The position numbers and the translations under genes are program-made. 64,000 nt of DNA. It comes from Gemmatimonadales bacterium. Lineage in GTDB: Bacteria; Gemmatimonadota; Gemmatimonadetes; Gemmatimonadales; GWC2-71-9. Below, piece after piece: positions 48,977-58,879 of the stretch (the first letter of the stretch is position 1; every line of letters starts with the position of its first letter). Where the stretch lies: the NCBI GenBank assembly GCA_039794085.1, contig JBDIWC010000019.1, forward strand, positions 1 to 64,000. The letters run 5' to 3'. Below the pieces are notes generated by a model, which was not told where the DNA came from, did no database searches, and saw only the letters and a list, made by a program, of their open reading frames with translations.

Positions 48977-49093
48977 AACCGCAGAGATCCCGGAACCGCC
49001 CGCGGGATTTGACTATCGGCTCCCTCGGGTCGTAGGTTGCAGGGATCCGGCGCTGCACTTCCCGTCTCCCACACACTGCCCGAGGATGTCCCG

Positions 49094-50257
49094 ATGATTC
49101 GTGCCCCGATGGCTCTGACCGCCGCCTTCTCCCTGACCTTGGCGGCCCCCGTGGCTTGTCAGTCACCGGAGGAGTTTCGCTCCGCGCTGCATGATTATCG
49201 ACTGGTCACCGTGGCGGATGGCCTGGTGAATCCCTGGTCCATCGCCTTTCTCCCCAATGGGGACATGCTGGTGACCGAGCGGCCCGGCCGTCTCCGGATC
49301 GTCCGGAACGGTACGCTCCTGCCGGATCCCGTGGCCGGAGTCCCCGACGTCTTTGCCCGGGGCCAGGGCGGGCTCCTCGACGTGGTGCCCCACCCCCAGT
49401 TTGCCACCAACCATCTCCTCTACCTGAGCTACTCCAAGCCGGGCGCCGAGCCGCGCGCATCCACCACGGCGGTGGCACGCGGACGACTCGAGAACGACCG
49501 GCTGACCAACGTGGAGGACATCTTTGTGGCCGACACGCGGGGCAATGGCCACTACGGCTCCCGCCTCGCCTTCGACCGCAACGGGTATCTCTTCATCACC
49601 GTCGGTGATCGCCAAGTCCCTCCCTCCGGCGACCTCGAGGCCCACCCGGCGCAGGACATCACCAATCATCATGGCACCATCAACCGGATCCATGACGACG
49701 GTCGCATCCCCACCGACAACCCCTTCGTAGGACGCGAGGGCGCGGAGCCTTCCATCTACAGCTACGGACACCGAAACCCGCAGGGCCTCCTGGTCCACCC
49801 CGAGACCGGCGACGTCTGGGCCATCGAACATGGTCCCCAGGGGGGGGATGAGTTGAATCGCATCCTTCCCGGCCGAAACTACGGCTGGCCCGTGGTGGGG
49901 TACGGTGTCAACTATGGCAGCGGGGCCGCCATCCATTCCGGCACTCACCGGGAGGGAATGGAGCCCCCGGTGCACTTCTGGGTCCCGTCGATCGCCACCT
50001 CGGGCTTCCTGTACTACACGGGAGACAAGTTCCCCGAATGGCGCGGCAATTTCTTCGTCGGGGGATTGAACGGCCAGCAGGTGGCCCGCCTCACGCTCGA
50101 CGGCCAGCGGGTCCGGAGCGAGGAGACGCTGGTGCAGGGCGTGGGACGGATCCGCGACATCCGGCAGGGGCCCGATGGCTTCATCTACCTCGCCATCGAT
50201 GACCGCCAGAACGGCCCGACGCGAGTGGTCCGGATGGAACCGATCGCGCGGCGGTAG
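49094..50257 (+). CDS. PQQ-dependent sugar dehydrogenase (GSDH family)
   Basis: 'PWSIAFLP', 'TERPGRL', 'GQGGLLDV', 'YGHRNPQG', 'EHGPQGGDE', 'NYGWP'. Confidence 0.93.
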   Translation: MIRAPMALTAAFSLTLAAPVACQSPEEFRSALHDYRLVTVADGLVNPWSIAFLPNGDMLVTERPGRLRIVRNGTLLPDPVAGVPDVFARGQGGLLDVVPHPQFATNHLLYLSYSKPGAEPRASTTAVARGRLENDRLTNVEDIFVADTRGNGHYGSRLAFDRNGYLFITVGDRQVPPSGDLEAHPAQDITNHHGTINRIHDDGRIPTDNPFVGREGAEPSIYSYGHRNPQGLLVHPETGDVWAIEHGPQGGDELNRILPGRNYGWPVVGYGVNYGSGAAIHSGTHREGMEPPVHFWVPSIATSGFLYYTGDKFPEWRGNFFVGGLNGQQVARLTLDGQRVRSEETLVQGVGRIRDIRQGPDGFIYLAIDDRQNGPTRVVRMEPIARR

Positions 50258-50266
50258 CGTTGCCAG

Positions 50267-50863
50267 ATGAGGACAGGGTGGCTCCCGGACGTGGGAACCC
50301 TCCGGGAGCCGCCGTCCTTCCGGTGGTCCGCAACCGAAGGGAGCGCCTTGGCGACACAGGATTACGTGCGATGCGGTGGCTGGATGCCGATGGAGCGCAA
50401 TCTGACCCGCCATGCCCGGGTGCTGGCGCACGGTGCCATCTGGGCGGCGATGGACGACGAGGGTATCGTGGGCGTCGAGCACTTCTTCACGGCGTTTCGT
50501 GTGTCCCCCGCTCCGCATGCCGCCGCCCTGCTTCGAACCCGGGCCCGGGACATTCGCAGGATCTTTCCGCCCGATCTGCCCCTGAATGAGGAGTTCGCCA
50601 ACGTCCTTCCCACGTACGGGATCAACATTCCGTACTCGTCCCTGTGCTGGCAGCTCTTCATCGGCGCCGCGGGCATCGCCACCGCCTGCAACCGGCTGCA
50701 GATCGCCACCGGCGACCTCCTTGGCAGTCTGGCGGACCTTCCCTACCCCGTCTATCCCGGTTTTCTGACCAGCCTCGGGTTCGAGCCCGGCACCGGGACG
50801 CGCTTCGTCACCGAATTTCCCGACGAGCTGGGTGGCGAAACCCAGGACCTGTTCATCCACTGA
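50267..50863 (+). CDS. Hypothetical protein
   Basis: Fills the gap in a co-oriented run with GC3 bias; start uncertain (alternative 50390). Confidence 0.55.
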   Translation: MRTGWLPDVGTLREPPSFRWSATEGSALATQDYVRCGGWMPMERNLTRHARVLAHGAIWAAMDDEGIVGVEHFFTAFRVSPAPHAAALLRTRARDIRRIFPPDLPLNEEFANVLPTYGINIPYSSLCWQLFIGAAGIATACNRLQIATGDLLGSLADLPYPVYPGFLTSLGFEPGTGTRFVTEFPDELGGETQDLFIH

Positions 50864-50873
50864 CAACGATCCC

Positions 50874-52109
50874 ATGACCGATTCCACCTCCGAACATCCC
50901 ACTCCCGGCCTTCCCTTCGACCCCGCGCGCGAGATCCAGGATTTCCTGGTGTTCGGGGAATACGGTGACGTCAACCCCTCCATCTGCGACTCCTCCACCT
51001 ACACCTTCCTGAACGTGGAGACGATGGAGGCCCTCTTCGATCACGCCATCGAGGGATGCTTCCTCTACTCCCGGCACTGGAACCCGAGCACCAAGCACCT
51101 CGCCGAGGCGCTGGCCCGGATGGAGGGCGGGGAATCGGCGCAGGTGATGGCCTCGGGAATGGCGGCGATCAGCACCACGCTCCTGCAGTTCTGCTCCGCC
51201 GGAGACGAAATCGTCTCGGGCCGCACCATCTACGGCGGTACCTGGGCCCTGCTCCGGAACCTCCTTCCCCGGTTCGGCATCACCACTCGGTTCGTAAACC
51301 TCACCGATCTCGACGCCGTCCGGGCCGCCCTCACGCCGAAGACGCGAGTGCTCTACTGCGAATCGATGAGCAACCCCCTCCTCGAGATCCCGGACATTCC
51401 CGCTCTCGCCGCCCTCGCCCGGGAGCACGACGTCAAACTCGTGGTCGACAATACCTTCACCCCACTCATCCTCTCGCCGCTCCGGCTCGGCGCCGATGTC
51501 GTGATCCACAGCATGACCAAGTTCATCAACGGCACCAGCGATTGTGTGGCGGGCTGCGCCGTCTCCACCCACGACTTCGTGGCCGAACTCTGCGACATCC
51601 ACCACGGGCCGAGCATGCTCCTGGGCCCCGTGCTCGACAGCCTCCGGGCGGCGAGTCTTCTCAAAAATCTGCACAGTCTCCACATCCGGATGCAGAAGCA
51701 CGGCGAGAACGCTCTGTTCCTCGCTCGCAAACTGGACGCGCTCGGTCTCCCCGTGCACTATCCCGGACTCGCCGCTCACCCGCAGCACGACCTCCTCGAA
51801 CGGATGGGGAACCGCGGCTTCGGTCACGGCGGCATCCTGGCCGTGGACCTTGGCACCTCCGAGCGGGCCAACCGACTGATGACGCTGATGCAGGAACGGA
51901 AGGTCGGCTACCTCGCGGTGAGTCTCGGCTATTTCAAAACCCTGTTCAGCGCCCCGGGGCACAGCACCTCATCGGAGATTCCCGCCGAGGAACGGGAACG
52001 AATCGGACTGAGCGAGGGGCTGATCCGGTTCTCGGTCGGCCTCGATCAGGACATGGAGCGCACCTGGGAGGTGATCCACGGCTGCCTCGCCGAGGTGGGG
52101 GCGGCCTGA
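50874..52109 (+). CDS. Cys/Met metabolism PLP enzyme (methionine gamma-lyase-like)
   Basis: 'LYSRHWNP', 'ASGMAAIS', 'VDNTF', 'HSMTKFING', 'AVSLGY', 'IRFSVGL'. Confidence 0.9.
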   Translation: MTDSTSEHPTPGLPFDPAREIQDFLVFGEYGDVNPSICDSSTYTFLNVETMEALFDHAIEGCFLYSRHWNPSTKHLAEALARMEGGESAQVMASGMAAISTTLLQFCSAGDEIVSGRTIYGGTWALLRNLLPRFGITTRFVNLTDLDAVRAALTPKTRVLYCESMSNPLLEIPDIPALAALAREHDVKLVVDNTFTPLILSPLRLGADVVIHSMTKFINGTSDCVAGCAVSTHDFVAELCDIHHGPSMLLGPVLDSLRAASLLKNLHSLHIRMQKHGENALFLARKLDALGLPVHYPGLAAHPQHDLLERMGNRGFGHGGILAVDLGTSERANRLMTLMQERKVGYLAVSLGYFKTLFSAPGHSTSSEIPAEERERIGLSEGLIRFSVGLDQDMERTWEVIHGCLAEVGAA

Positions 52110-52131
52110 TCGCGGCCGGGCCGCACCCCTC

Positions 52132-53157
52132 ATGTTCTCCACCTGCCTCTTCTGCCACCGCTCGCTCGACGCCAACCAGGTGATCGAGCATCTCCCCATC
52201 GGCCGCCGCATCGCGTTCGACCCCGCGCGCGGCCGCCTCTGGGTGGTGTGCCGCCACTGTGAGCGCTGGAACCTGACCCCGTTCGACGATCGCTGGGAGG
52301 CGCTGGAGGAGTGCGAACGCCACTTCCGAGGCACCCGGCTCCGTCAATCGACCGACAACGTCGGGTTGGCTCGGGTCAAGGAAGGCCTCGACCTGGTCCG
52401 GATCGGGGAGCCGCTCCGACCCGAGTTTGCGGCTTGGCGCTACGGGGATCAGTTCGGCAGGCGCCGGAGGAGGATGATTCTCTACAGCCTCGGAGGTGTT
52501 GCCGCAGCGGGCGCCATCACCGGGGGGGCGGCGATGCTCGGCATCGGGATTGGCTCCTATCCCTACATGATTCACATGCTGTTCCAGGCCGGAACCGCGC
52601 TGACGGTGTCCCACCCCGACGGGCGCGTTCTCAGAGTGCGTGAGAAGCACCTGTCCCGGGCCCGTCTGGTCCGGACCGATGGGGAGTCGCCCTGGTCGGT
52701 GGCGGTGGAACACACCAAGGGGAGCGAGATATTCGCAGGGGAGGAGGCAATTCGAGTCGCGGGGCTCCTCCTCCCCAGGGTCAATCGATCCGGTGCGTCG
52801 CAAAAAGGCCTGTCCGAGGCAGTTCGACACATCGAGATGTTCGGGGGGCCGGGAGAGTTTCTCGCCAAGGGAGCCCACGCCCACGTCGTGTCGGCCAAGG
52901 TACGACGGGGAGGGGCGATCTCCGGGCTCCCCGTTCCCACGCGACTCGCCCTGGAGATGGCACTCCATGAGGAAGACGAACGTCGCGCCCTCGCCGGAGA
53001 ACTCCGGCGTCTCGAAGCCGCGTGGAAGGAGGCCGAGGAGATCGCGGCCATCGCCGATCGGTTGACCGTGCCCGAGAACGCGCTGGAGGCACTGGAACAG
53101 GCCCGCTCCGCGAAGCCCGATCCCCTCCCGCGTCCCGGATCCTCCTCGCCCTCCTGA
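52132..53157 (+). CDS. Conserved hypothetical protein with an N-terminal CxxC...CxxC motif
   Basis: 'CLFCH..FDPARGRLWVVCRHCERWNL', 'LALEMALHEE.ERRAL.GEL'. Confidence 0.75.
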   Translation: MFSTCLFCHRSLDANQVIEHLPIGRRIAFDPARGRLWVVCRHCERWNLTPFDDRWEALEECERHFRGTRLRQSTDNVGLARVKEGLDLVRIGEPLRPEFAAWRYGDQFGRRRRRMILYSLGGVAAAGAITGGAAMLGIGIGSYPYMIHMLFQAGTALTVSHPDGRVLRVREKHLSRARLVRTDGESPWSVAVEHTKGSEIFAGEEAIRVAGLLLPRVNRSGASQKGLSEAVRHIEMFGGPGEFLAKGAHAHVVSAKVRRGGAISGLPVPTRLALEMALHEEDERRALAGELRRLEAAWKEAEEIAAIADRLTVPENALEALEQARSAKPDPLPRPGSSSPS

Positions 53158-53275
53158 CCTTGCCGGGTCATCCCGGTCCCGCTTCATTCCCCCGGCCTCC
53201 CGACTTCCGGGTTTCGCGTGGCCGGGAGGGGCCGTGGCTTCTTCTTGCCATCCTTCTTCATCCGGAGTCCACCGC

Positions 53276-53554
53276 ATGGGAATCGACGTCGGCGCGCTCG
53301 AGCCGCTCCTGGGCACTCTGGTCGTTTTCGGCATCTTTGCCCTGGTGGCGGGGGCGCTGCTCCGGGAGGCGGCGAAGTATGTGGTGCGCGGCCTGCTTCT
53401 CGTCGCCATCGTGGTGGGGGTGTCGGTCTGGGCGGGGTGGCTCGATCAGACTCGGGCCGAGGAAATGTTTCGGTGGATCGGCGATGGGCTGTTGACCGGG
53501 ATCCGGGCCGTGACCGGCTGGCTGGTGGCGGCGTGGGGCACGATCGGCGGGTGA
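53276..53554 (+). CDS. Small membrane protein
   Basis: GGAG RBS; two hydrophobic helices. Confidence 0.6.
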   Translation: MGIDVGALEPLLGTLVVFGIFALVAGALLREAAKYVVRGLLLVAIVVGVSVWAGWLDQTRAEEMFRWIGDGLLTGIRAVTGWLVAAWGTIGG

Positions 53555-53995
53555 CGCGCTCGTTGGGGCGGTACGGTGCCTGACTGATTGCCTTGACGCG
53601 GGACGCGGAGGTGAACGACCGCCCGGAGCGAACGACCGACTTCCCGGTTGTCATTCCTCCGGTGGGCCGCAGAATCCCGTCGCCTTCGGCGGAGGAGACT
53701 GAGGAACTCCTGGACAAAGAGTCAAAGCAGGGGTAACAGTACGTTGAGGTTTCCTCATGTCCGCGGTTCATGGATGGACAGCCCCTCACCCCCAATCGCA
53801 GACTGGAACGCCTATTCACGGCTCTGGACCGACGGCTACTTCGCGTCTCTTACCGTGGGGACTCGTTCGTCCCCTCTTTGTGACTCTTGTGCCTTTTGTG
53901 GTTGACTTTCACGGAGGCGAGGACGCTCGCTGACCAGAATCTCCGCTTGCATCCCACTGCGAACATGTGGCAGACAGTGGCGGCCGAGCCGTCAG

Positions 53996-55177
53996 TCATG
54001 GTGTGGCTGCAAGCACATAGATCGACCACGGGGAGACCCTGGTCTCCGTCTTCCAGGCCACTCCGTCAGCCACGGTCCCGAGCGGACGATGGATCGCCAC
54101 AGGAGTGAACCCGGCCCGGGAGTACGCCGTGCGATAGTCGGCGTCGGTGCAGAGGACGTCCTCCACCGGCCGACGGTCGGGCACGTCGAGCATCACCACC
54201 TTCACGGTGTCGCCGCTCCTCGCAGTCCGGTTTTCCGGGAAGTCCCGGGTGGAGAACGACACCCATTCGTGGAGATATGAATCCGGGGACGCCACCAGAT
54301 TCACCAGGCAACCGTGCGGCGCGAGGGAGCGCCGGAGCGCCTTGAGGATCGTGATCTTCCGTCGCAGGGTCGGGATGTTGTCGAACGCAAACGCCGAAAG
54401 GATGAGATCGAAGGGGCCTTCGGCGAGACGTCCGGGTCCGGTCTCCGGAATGCGATAGTAGGTCCCTTCGGGATCCAGAGCCCTCGCGTACTGGAGCATC
54501 GGCTCCGCGATGTCCACCCCCACCACGTCGAAGCCGAGCCCTCGGAGGAACCGAGTGGAGCGGCCGGCCCCACACCCGAAGTCGAGGGCCTTGCGGCCGG
54601 TGACGTGGGCACGGAACAGATCGGGCAGATCCCGGAACGCAAGCCCATAGGTTCCAGGAAACTCGAGCGTGGCATAGGCCCGGGCCCGGGTGTCGTCCTC
54701 GTAGAGGTTGGCACGCCCTCCCCCGCTGCCAACCCGAGCCCCGCCGCGCAGGTGCTTCCTCATCACCAGGGCGGAATCGGGGCAGATTCCTCGGAACTCG
54801 GGGCTCTGCGTGACCCGGGGGTCCACCTCATCACGCGACATCGCCACGAACCCGAAACGCGGAAACCATGACTCGGCGGTCTCGGTAAGGAGGTAGATGG
54901 TGCCGATCCCGAGTTCTTTCGCCTGCGCCAGAAGGTGGCGCACCAGGGAGGCACCGACCCCGGCACCCTGTGCTCCGGGGACCACGGCAGCCGACCGAAG
55001 AAGCCCCGCGTCTCCATACACCTCCAGCCCGATGACTCCGGCAATCTGCCCTCCCTCCTCGGCGACCCAGAACCGGACGTGAGCTGCCTCCACGCCCTCG
55101 GTGGGGAGGTGCGCGTCTTCGAGCAGGGCGCGGAGGGCGGGGAGGTCGCCCGGTCGGGCGGGACGGATCGCGGTCAT
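53996..55177 (-). CDS. ArsN2-like GNAT acetyltransferase fused to a class I SAM methyltransferase
   Basis: 'LLRSAAV..QGAGVG..YLLTETAE..EFRGICP'; Gly-rich linker; 'LDFGCGAGRS', 'GVDI'. Confidence 0.82.
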   Translation of the reverse strand: MTAIRPARPGDLPALRALLEDAHLPTEGVEAAHVRFWVAEEGGQIAGVIGLEVYGDAGLLRSAAVVPGAQGAGVGASLVRHLLAQAKELGIGTIYLLTETAESWFPRFGFVAMSRDEVDPRVTQSPEFRGICPDSALVMRKHLRGGARVGSGGGRANLYEDDTRARAYATLEFPGTYGLAFRDLPDLFRAHVTGRKALDFGCGAGRSTRFLRGLGFDVVGVDIAEPMLQYARALDPEGTYYRIPETGPGRLAEGPFDLILSAFAFDNIPTLRRKITILKALRRSLAPHGCLVNLVASPDSYLHEWVSFSTRDFPENRTARSGDTVKVVMLDVPDRRPVEDVLCTDADYRTAYSRAGFTPVAIHRPLGTVADGVAWKTETRVSPWSIYVLAATP

Positions 55178-55277
55178 GACGCTCAAACGTAGTAACCCGG
55201 GTCTCCCTCGTCATCCCTCCTCTCGTCGTCCACCCCAACGATCGGGATGTTCCCGGGGCGGTCGCTGTATGGTACCG

Positions 55278-55745
55278 TCACCTCAAGCGATGGTACACTT
55301 TTTCCAATCCCGGAGCGTCCCTATCCACCCACAGCACATCGCCACGTCGCCTGGCCGAGACCTCGCTTCGCTGGCCGAGGCCGTAAGTGATGTTGACACA
55401 ACCCCGCCTGCCCTCACAATCCGTCCTGAAGTCGATGATGAAGTCTCCACCATCGATGTCTCCTCTCATTCGTCCTCCTCCGCTGGTGCGCATGAGTGTT
55501 CCGTCGGCACGGCGCCACACCGAGACGTGGCGAGCCAGGACGCCACGGCCAGCACCCCCCAGGATGAGGGTATCCGAAACCAACCCAAGGAACGGTCCAT
55601 CGTTCACCGGCAGAGCCGCGCCACCGACGGTACGGAGCACCCAGATCCCCTCCGTATCCCCAACCGGATCAAACGGCGTGAAGCAAGCCGAGAGGGAGAT
55701 CGTCAGGGCGAGCAGGGCGCGCAGATATTTCACGGCGATCAACAT
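55278..55745 (-). CDS. Hypothetical lipoprotein
   Basis: GGAGG RBS; lipobox 'LSAC'; 'GIWVLRTVGG.ALP'. Confidence 0.65.
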   Translation of the reverse strand: MLIAVKYLRALLALTISLSACFTPFDPVGDTEGIWVLRTVGGAALPVNDGPFLGLVSDTLILGGAGRGVLARHVSVWRRADGTLMRTSGGGRMRGDIDGGDFIIDFRTDCEGRRGCVNITYGLGQRSEVSARRRGDVLWVDRDAPGLEKVYHRLR

Positions 55746-56005
55746 GGAATCCTCCAAGGAAGAAGGCACCCAGAGAATCGCCCCGGCCCATCAAGAGGAA
55801 ATCAAGCACGACCTTCGTGTCTTCGTGCCTTCGTGTGAGACCTGTGTACAAGGGATTCACGCTGTGCTCGCAGGACATCGGCTAGACGACCAGCGGCCTG
55901 GGTGGACGATGCACTTCTCCGATGCTGACCTCCACAGACGCAGCGTGATGTCCCCGGCATGGAGGCCCGGCACGCTCGGGTCACCCCCGCTATTTTCGAC
56001 CCTCC

Positions 56006-56227
56006 ATGGACGACCAGTTCGAACTCGGCATTCCGATCGCGATCGACGCCCCCTGCACCCTGGCGGAGCTCCCCCCCGGCGCCTGGTTCCTCCAGGAGGG
56101 CACCGGCCTCCGGGGGCGGATCGTGGCGCTGCGCAAGGGTACCGTCGACGTGGCGGTGCGGGTCGAGGACCGGATGACCCGCACCACCTGGGCCCCAGCC
56201 ACCGTGGTGCGCCGGGTGCGCGGCTGA
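56006..56227 (+). CDS. Small hypothetical protein
   Basis: 73-aa ORF with strong GC3 bias. Confidence 0.5.
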   Translation: MDDQFELGIPIAIDAPCTLAELPPGAWFLQEGTGLRGRIVALRKGTVDVAVRVEDRMTRTTWAPATVVRRVRG

Positions 56228-56323
56228 TCACCCCGCCATGCCCGTGGCGAGGGCCTTGATCAGACAGGTGACGCGGACGCCGATGGCCAGGTTCAGCTCC
56301 CGGCACACCGACGCCGTCACCCC
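56228..56323 (-). pseudogene. Orphan TOBE-domain C-terminal fragment (ModC/Mop-like)
   Basis: 'VTASVCRELNLAIGVRVTCLIKA' with no ATPase domain upstream. Confidence 0.5.
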
Positions 56324-56543
56324 CGATCGGCTCGCAGAGTGTCCTTCTCCCTCCGGCCCGAAGCAGGACCGATCACGAGGACTGCACCGATCACCGGAAT
56401 CAGCCGCAGGCTCGAGTGTGCCGCGTGGGAATGGTGATTCATGGTCTTCTCCACTATGCACCATCCGTTCACGGCGAGAGGCAAACAACCCTCGGGATCT
56501 CGTGCTCCTTGTGCCGTGTGTGCCTCCGTGGCACCGACCACCT

Positions 56544-57581
56544 CTAGGCGCACCGTCCCAGGAACTTCCATTTGAGGCTGGGGTAGTCCGAAACATCCTT
56601 GAAAAACCCCGACAAGTAGTTCATCACCTTCTTCTTGCGGTTCTCGTTCAACCCCTCGAACCCCTCCACCAGACCGAGAATCGTGTCGCGCTTTTCGAGC
56701 AGGTTGCCCAGAGCAGACTGAAAGATGTCCTCCGAAACGCAGGGGCCCCGATACTGCCGGTCTCGCACCGATCGGAGCCCGAGGCGGGGATCGGGCTTGG
56801 CATACGGCGCGTCGATCACCCCGGCCCAGTCGAAATCGTACGGGACGGGGTAGAAGGTGTGATCCAAATCCGTGCGCACCAGCTTGACGTTGTGCTGAGC
56901 CGGTTGGCTCCAATCGGTATTCCCGATCAGCAAGAGGAAGAGCGCCATATTGGCGGTGGTGACCGGGTCGCTCTCGGCGAAGCTTATCGGTGCCTTGTCC
57001 AGTTTTCCGCCCAGCCGCGACGCCACCATTCGGTCATCCTCGATGATGAAGGCCGGCTTCACGGAACGCGATGCCCGCACCGTATCTTCCCACGTGGCGA
57101 CCAGGTGCCGCGCCCCGAAACTCCGGTCGGTGATCACATTGTACATCCTGTAGGCGAGATACTCGACCAGGCAGCTCTGCTCGAAGTTCTCGTTGTCGCG
57201 GCAGTGGGTCACCAGCTTGAGCTCGCGCTGGCCGGCGAATGGAGTCCCGGCCTTGCCACCCTGATCAAAAACGACCATGACCGGCGGGACCGAGCAGGTG
57301 GAGCGGCGCAGCCGGAAATTGCCGCGGGTGTGATAGCTGACGGGGATGGTATCCACCCGCGCGCCGTTGACGACCAGCAGCGAGCCCGGCACCTTGACCT
57401 CCCGGTTGGGATCGCGGTTCCGGAACACGGCTTCCCAATCGGCTCGCAGCGTCACCTCCAGCGGCCGGTCCACCGTGAACAGAGAATCCCGGGGGCGAAG
57501 ATCGCCCTGGGCGTGGGCAGGCATCATGACGACTCCCGGAGCCAACGCGGCGAAAACCGCGGCCTGAATCAGCGCACGCAT
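56544..57581 (-). CDS. Secreted CotH/kinase-like protein
   Basis: 'RGNFR', 'LKLVTHC', 'EYLAYRMY', 'IGNTDW..HNVKL', 'VPYDFD'. Confidence 0.7.
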   Translation of the reverse strand: MRALIQAAVFAALAPGVVMMPAHAQGDLRPRDSLFTVDRPLEVTLRADWEAVFRNRDPNREVKVPGSLLVVNGARVDTIPVSYHTRGNFRLRRSTCSVPPVMVVFDQGGKAGTPFAGQRELKLVTHCRDNENFEQSCLVEYLAYRMYNVITDRSFGARHLVATWEDTVRASRSVKPAFIIEDDRMVASRLGGKLDKAPISFAESDPVTTANMALFLLLIGNTDWSQPAQHNVKLVRTDLDHTFYPVPYDFDWAGVIDAPYAKPDPRLGLRSVRDRQYRGPCVSEDIFQSALGNLLEKRDTILGLVEGFEGLNENRKKKVMNYLSGFFKDVSDYPSLKWKFLGRCA

Positions 57582-57683
57582 GGCTTACCTCCCTGGTCTG
57601 TTGGATTTCGCCGCCCCGCGCCGCCCTCGGTGCGGGACCCTCGTTCCCAATAACGGGCTTTCGGAAGATCCAGGCTCAGGCAT

Positions 57684-58763
57684 TCACATGTCCCGGTCCC
57701 GCGCGCCCAAAGTTGAGGCCGTCCGCTCCTCGAATACCGCCTGCTGAACCCCGGCACTCCCCAACTGCTCCACCGCCGACACCAGGTCAGCCGGGGCGCT
57801 GCTCTTCCGGAGCCGCACCCAGAACACCACCACCTCGTTGGTCTCGTCTCCCCGTTCCACTCGATGCACACTCCACCGCTTGACCAAGGGCGCGAACGCC
57901 GCCTCGACCGTCGAACGGGCATCCGCCGATCGAGCCATGGTCACCCGGAGTGTCCCCTCTCTCGACGGCTCCCCCCCCCCACCCCCACCCCCCCCGCCCT
58001 GCTCCACCCGACGACGTCGGCGCACCCGGTCGGCCAGAGCGTCGAGTTGGGCGGGCGCCATGGCCTCCAGCACCTCGGCGTCGAGCCGAGCCACGAACTG
58101 GCTGGTTCGGTTGGCGAGGGCCATGGCCGCCTTCAATCTCCGCCTCGCCCGATCCTCCTCCAAGCCCGGTGGGGTGCGGCCGAAGTCGGTATGCCAGAGC
58201 GAGAGCACCACGACATTGAAGAGGACTGAGATGGCGATCGCCACCCCCGGTTGTGCCCCTGCGGCCAGCCCGAGCACAATGACCATGAACACGTAGACGG
58301 TGTCGCGACTGTCCTTGAGTGTGTTGCGGAAGCGGACGGCGGCGACGATGCCGGCCAGGGCGAACGCCAACGCCAGGCTGTTCTTGACGAGGACCACCAC
58401 CGCAGCCACCAGCACCGGAAGCAGGATCAGCGAGTGCATGACGGACTGCGTATACCCCTTCTTCTGCCGGGTGTGGATGTAGACCCACGCCACCGGAAGT
58501 GCCAGGATGAAAGCGGTCACGGAGGCGACCGTCGCCAGCAGGGCTCCACCCAGAAGGACCGCGGGTCCGGTCCCGTCCCCGGAGAATATTTCCCCCACGG
58601 AGCCACCGCTCGGCACGATGGTGATCCACGCCGCGTGGAGGTTTTCCAGGACGCTGATCATGGCGGGGGGGAGAAGCCCCCAGGCCACCAGGGACACGAG
58701 CGCCAGCACCCCATAGTAGACAACGAGGCGCACCGCGATGCTGCTGGAGAGCACGTTGTTCAT
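57684..58763 (-). CDS. DUF4956 membrane protein
   Basis: 'VKNSLALAFALAGIVAAVRFRNTLKD..D.VYVF'. Confidence 0.88.
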   Translation of the reverse strand: MNNVLSSSIAVRLVVYYGVLALVSLVAWGLLPPAMISVLENLHAAWITIVPSGGSVGEIFSGDGTGPAVLLGGALLATVASVTAFILALPVAWVYIHTRQKKGYTQSVMHSLILLPVLVAAVVVLVKNSLALAFALAGIVAAVRFRNTLKDSRDTVYVFMVIVLGLAAGAQPGVAIAISVLFNVVVLSLWHTDFGRTPPGLEEDRARRRLKAAMALANRTSQFVARLDAEVLEAMAPAQLDALADRVRRRRRVEQGGGGGGGGGEPSREGTLRVTMARSADARSTVEAAFAPLVKRWSVHRVERGDETNEVVVFWVRLRKSSAPADLVSAVEQLGSAGVQQAVFEERTASTLGARDRDM

Positions 58764-58879
58764 GGCCTGCCCGGATTTTGGCGGAAAGCGGTCCCGGACG
58801 CCGGGGCCCTCTTCCAATATACAGCGCGGAATCCGCGGCGGGGGGCCCAACTCCGAGCCCGATCGTGGTACCTTCCGGG

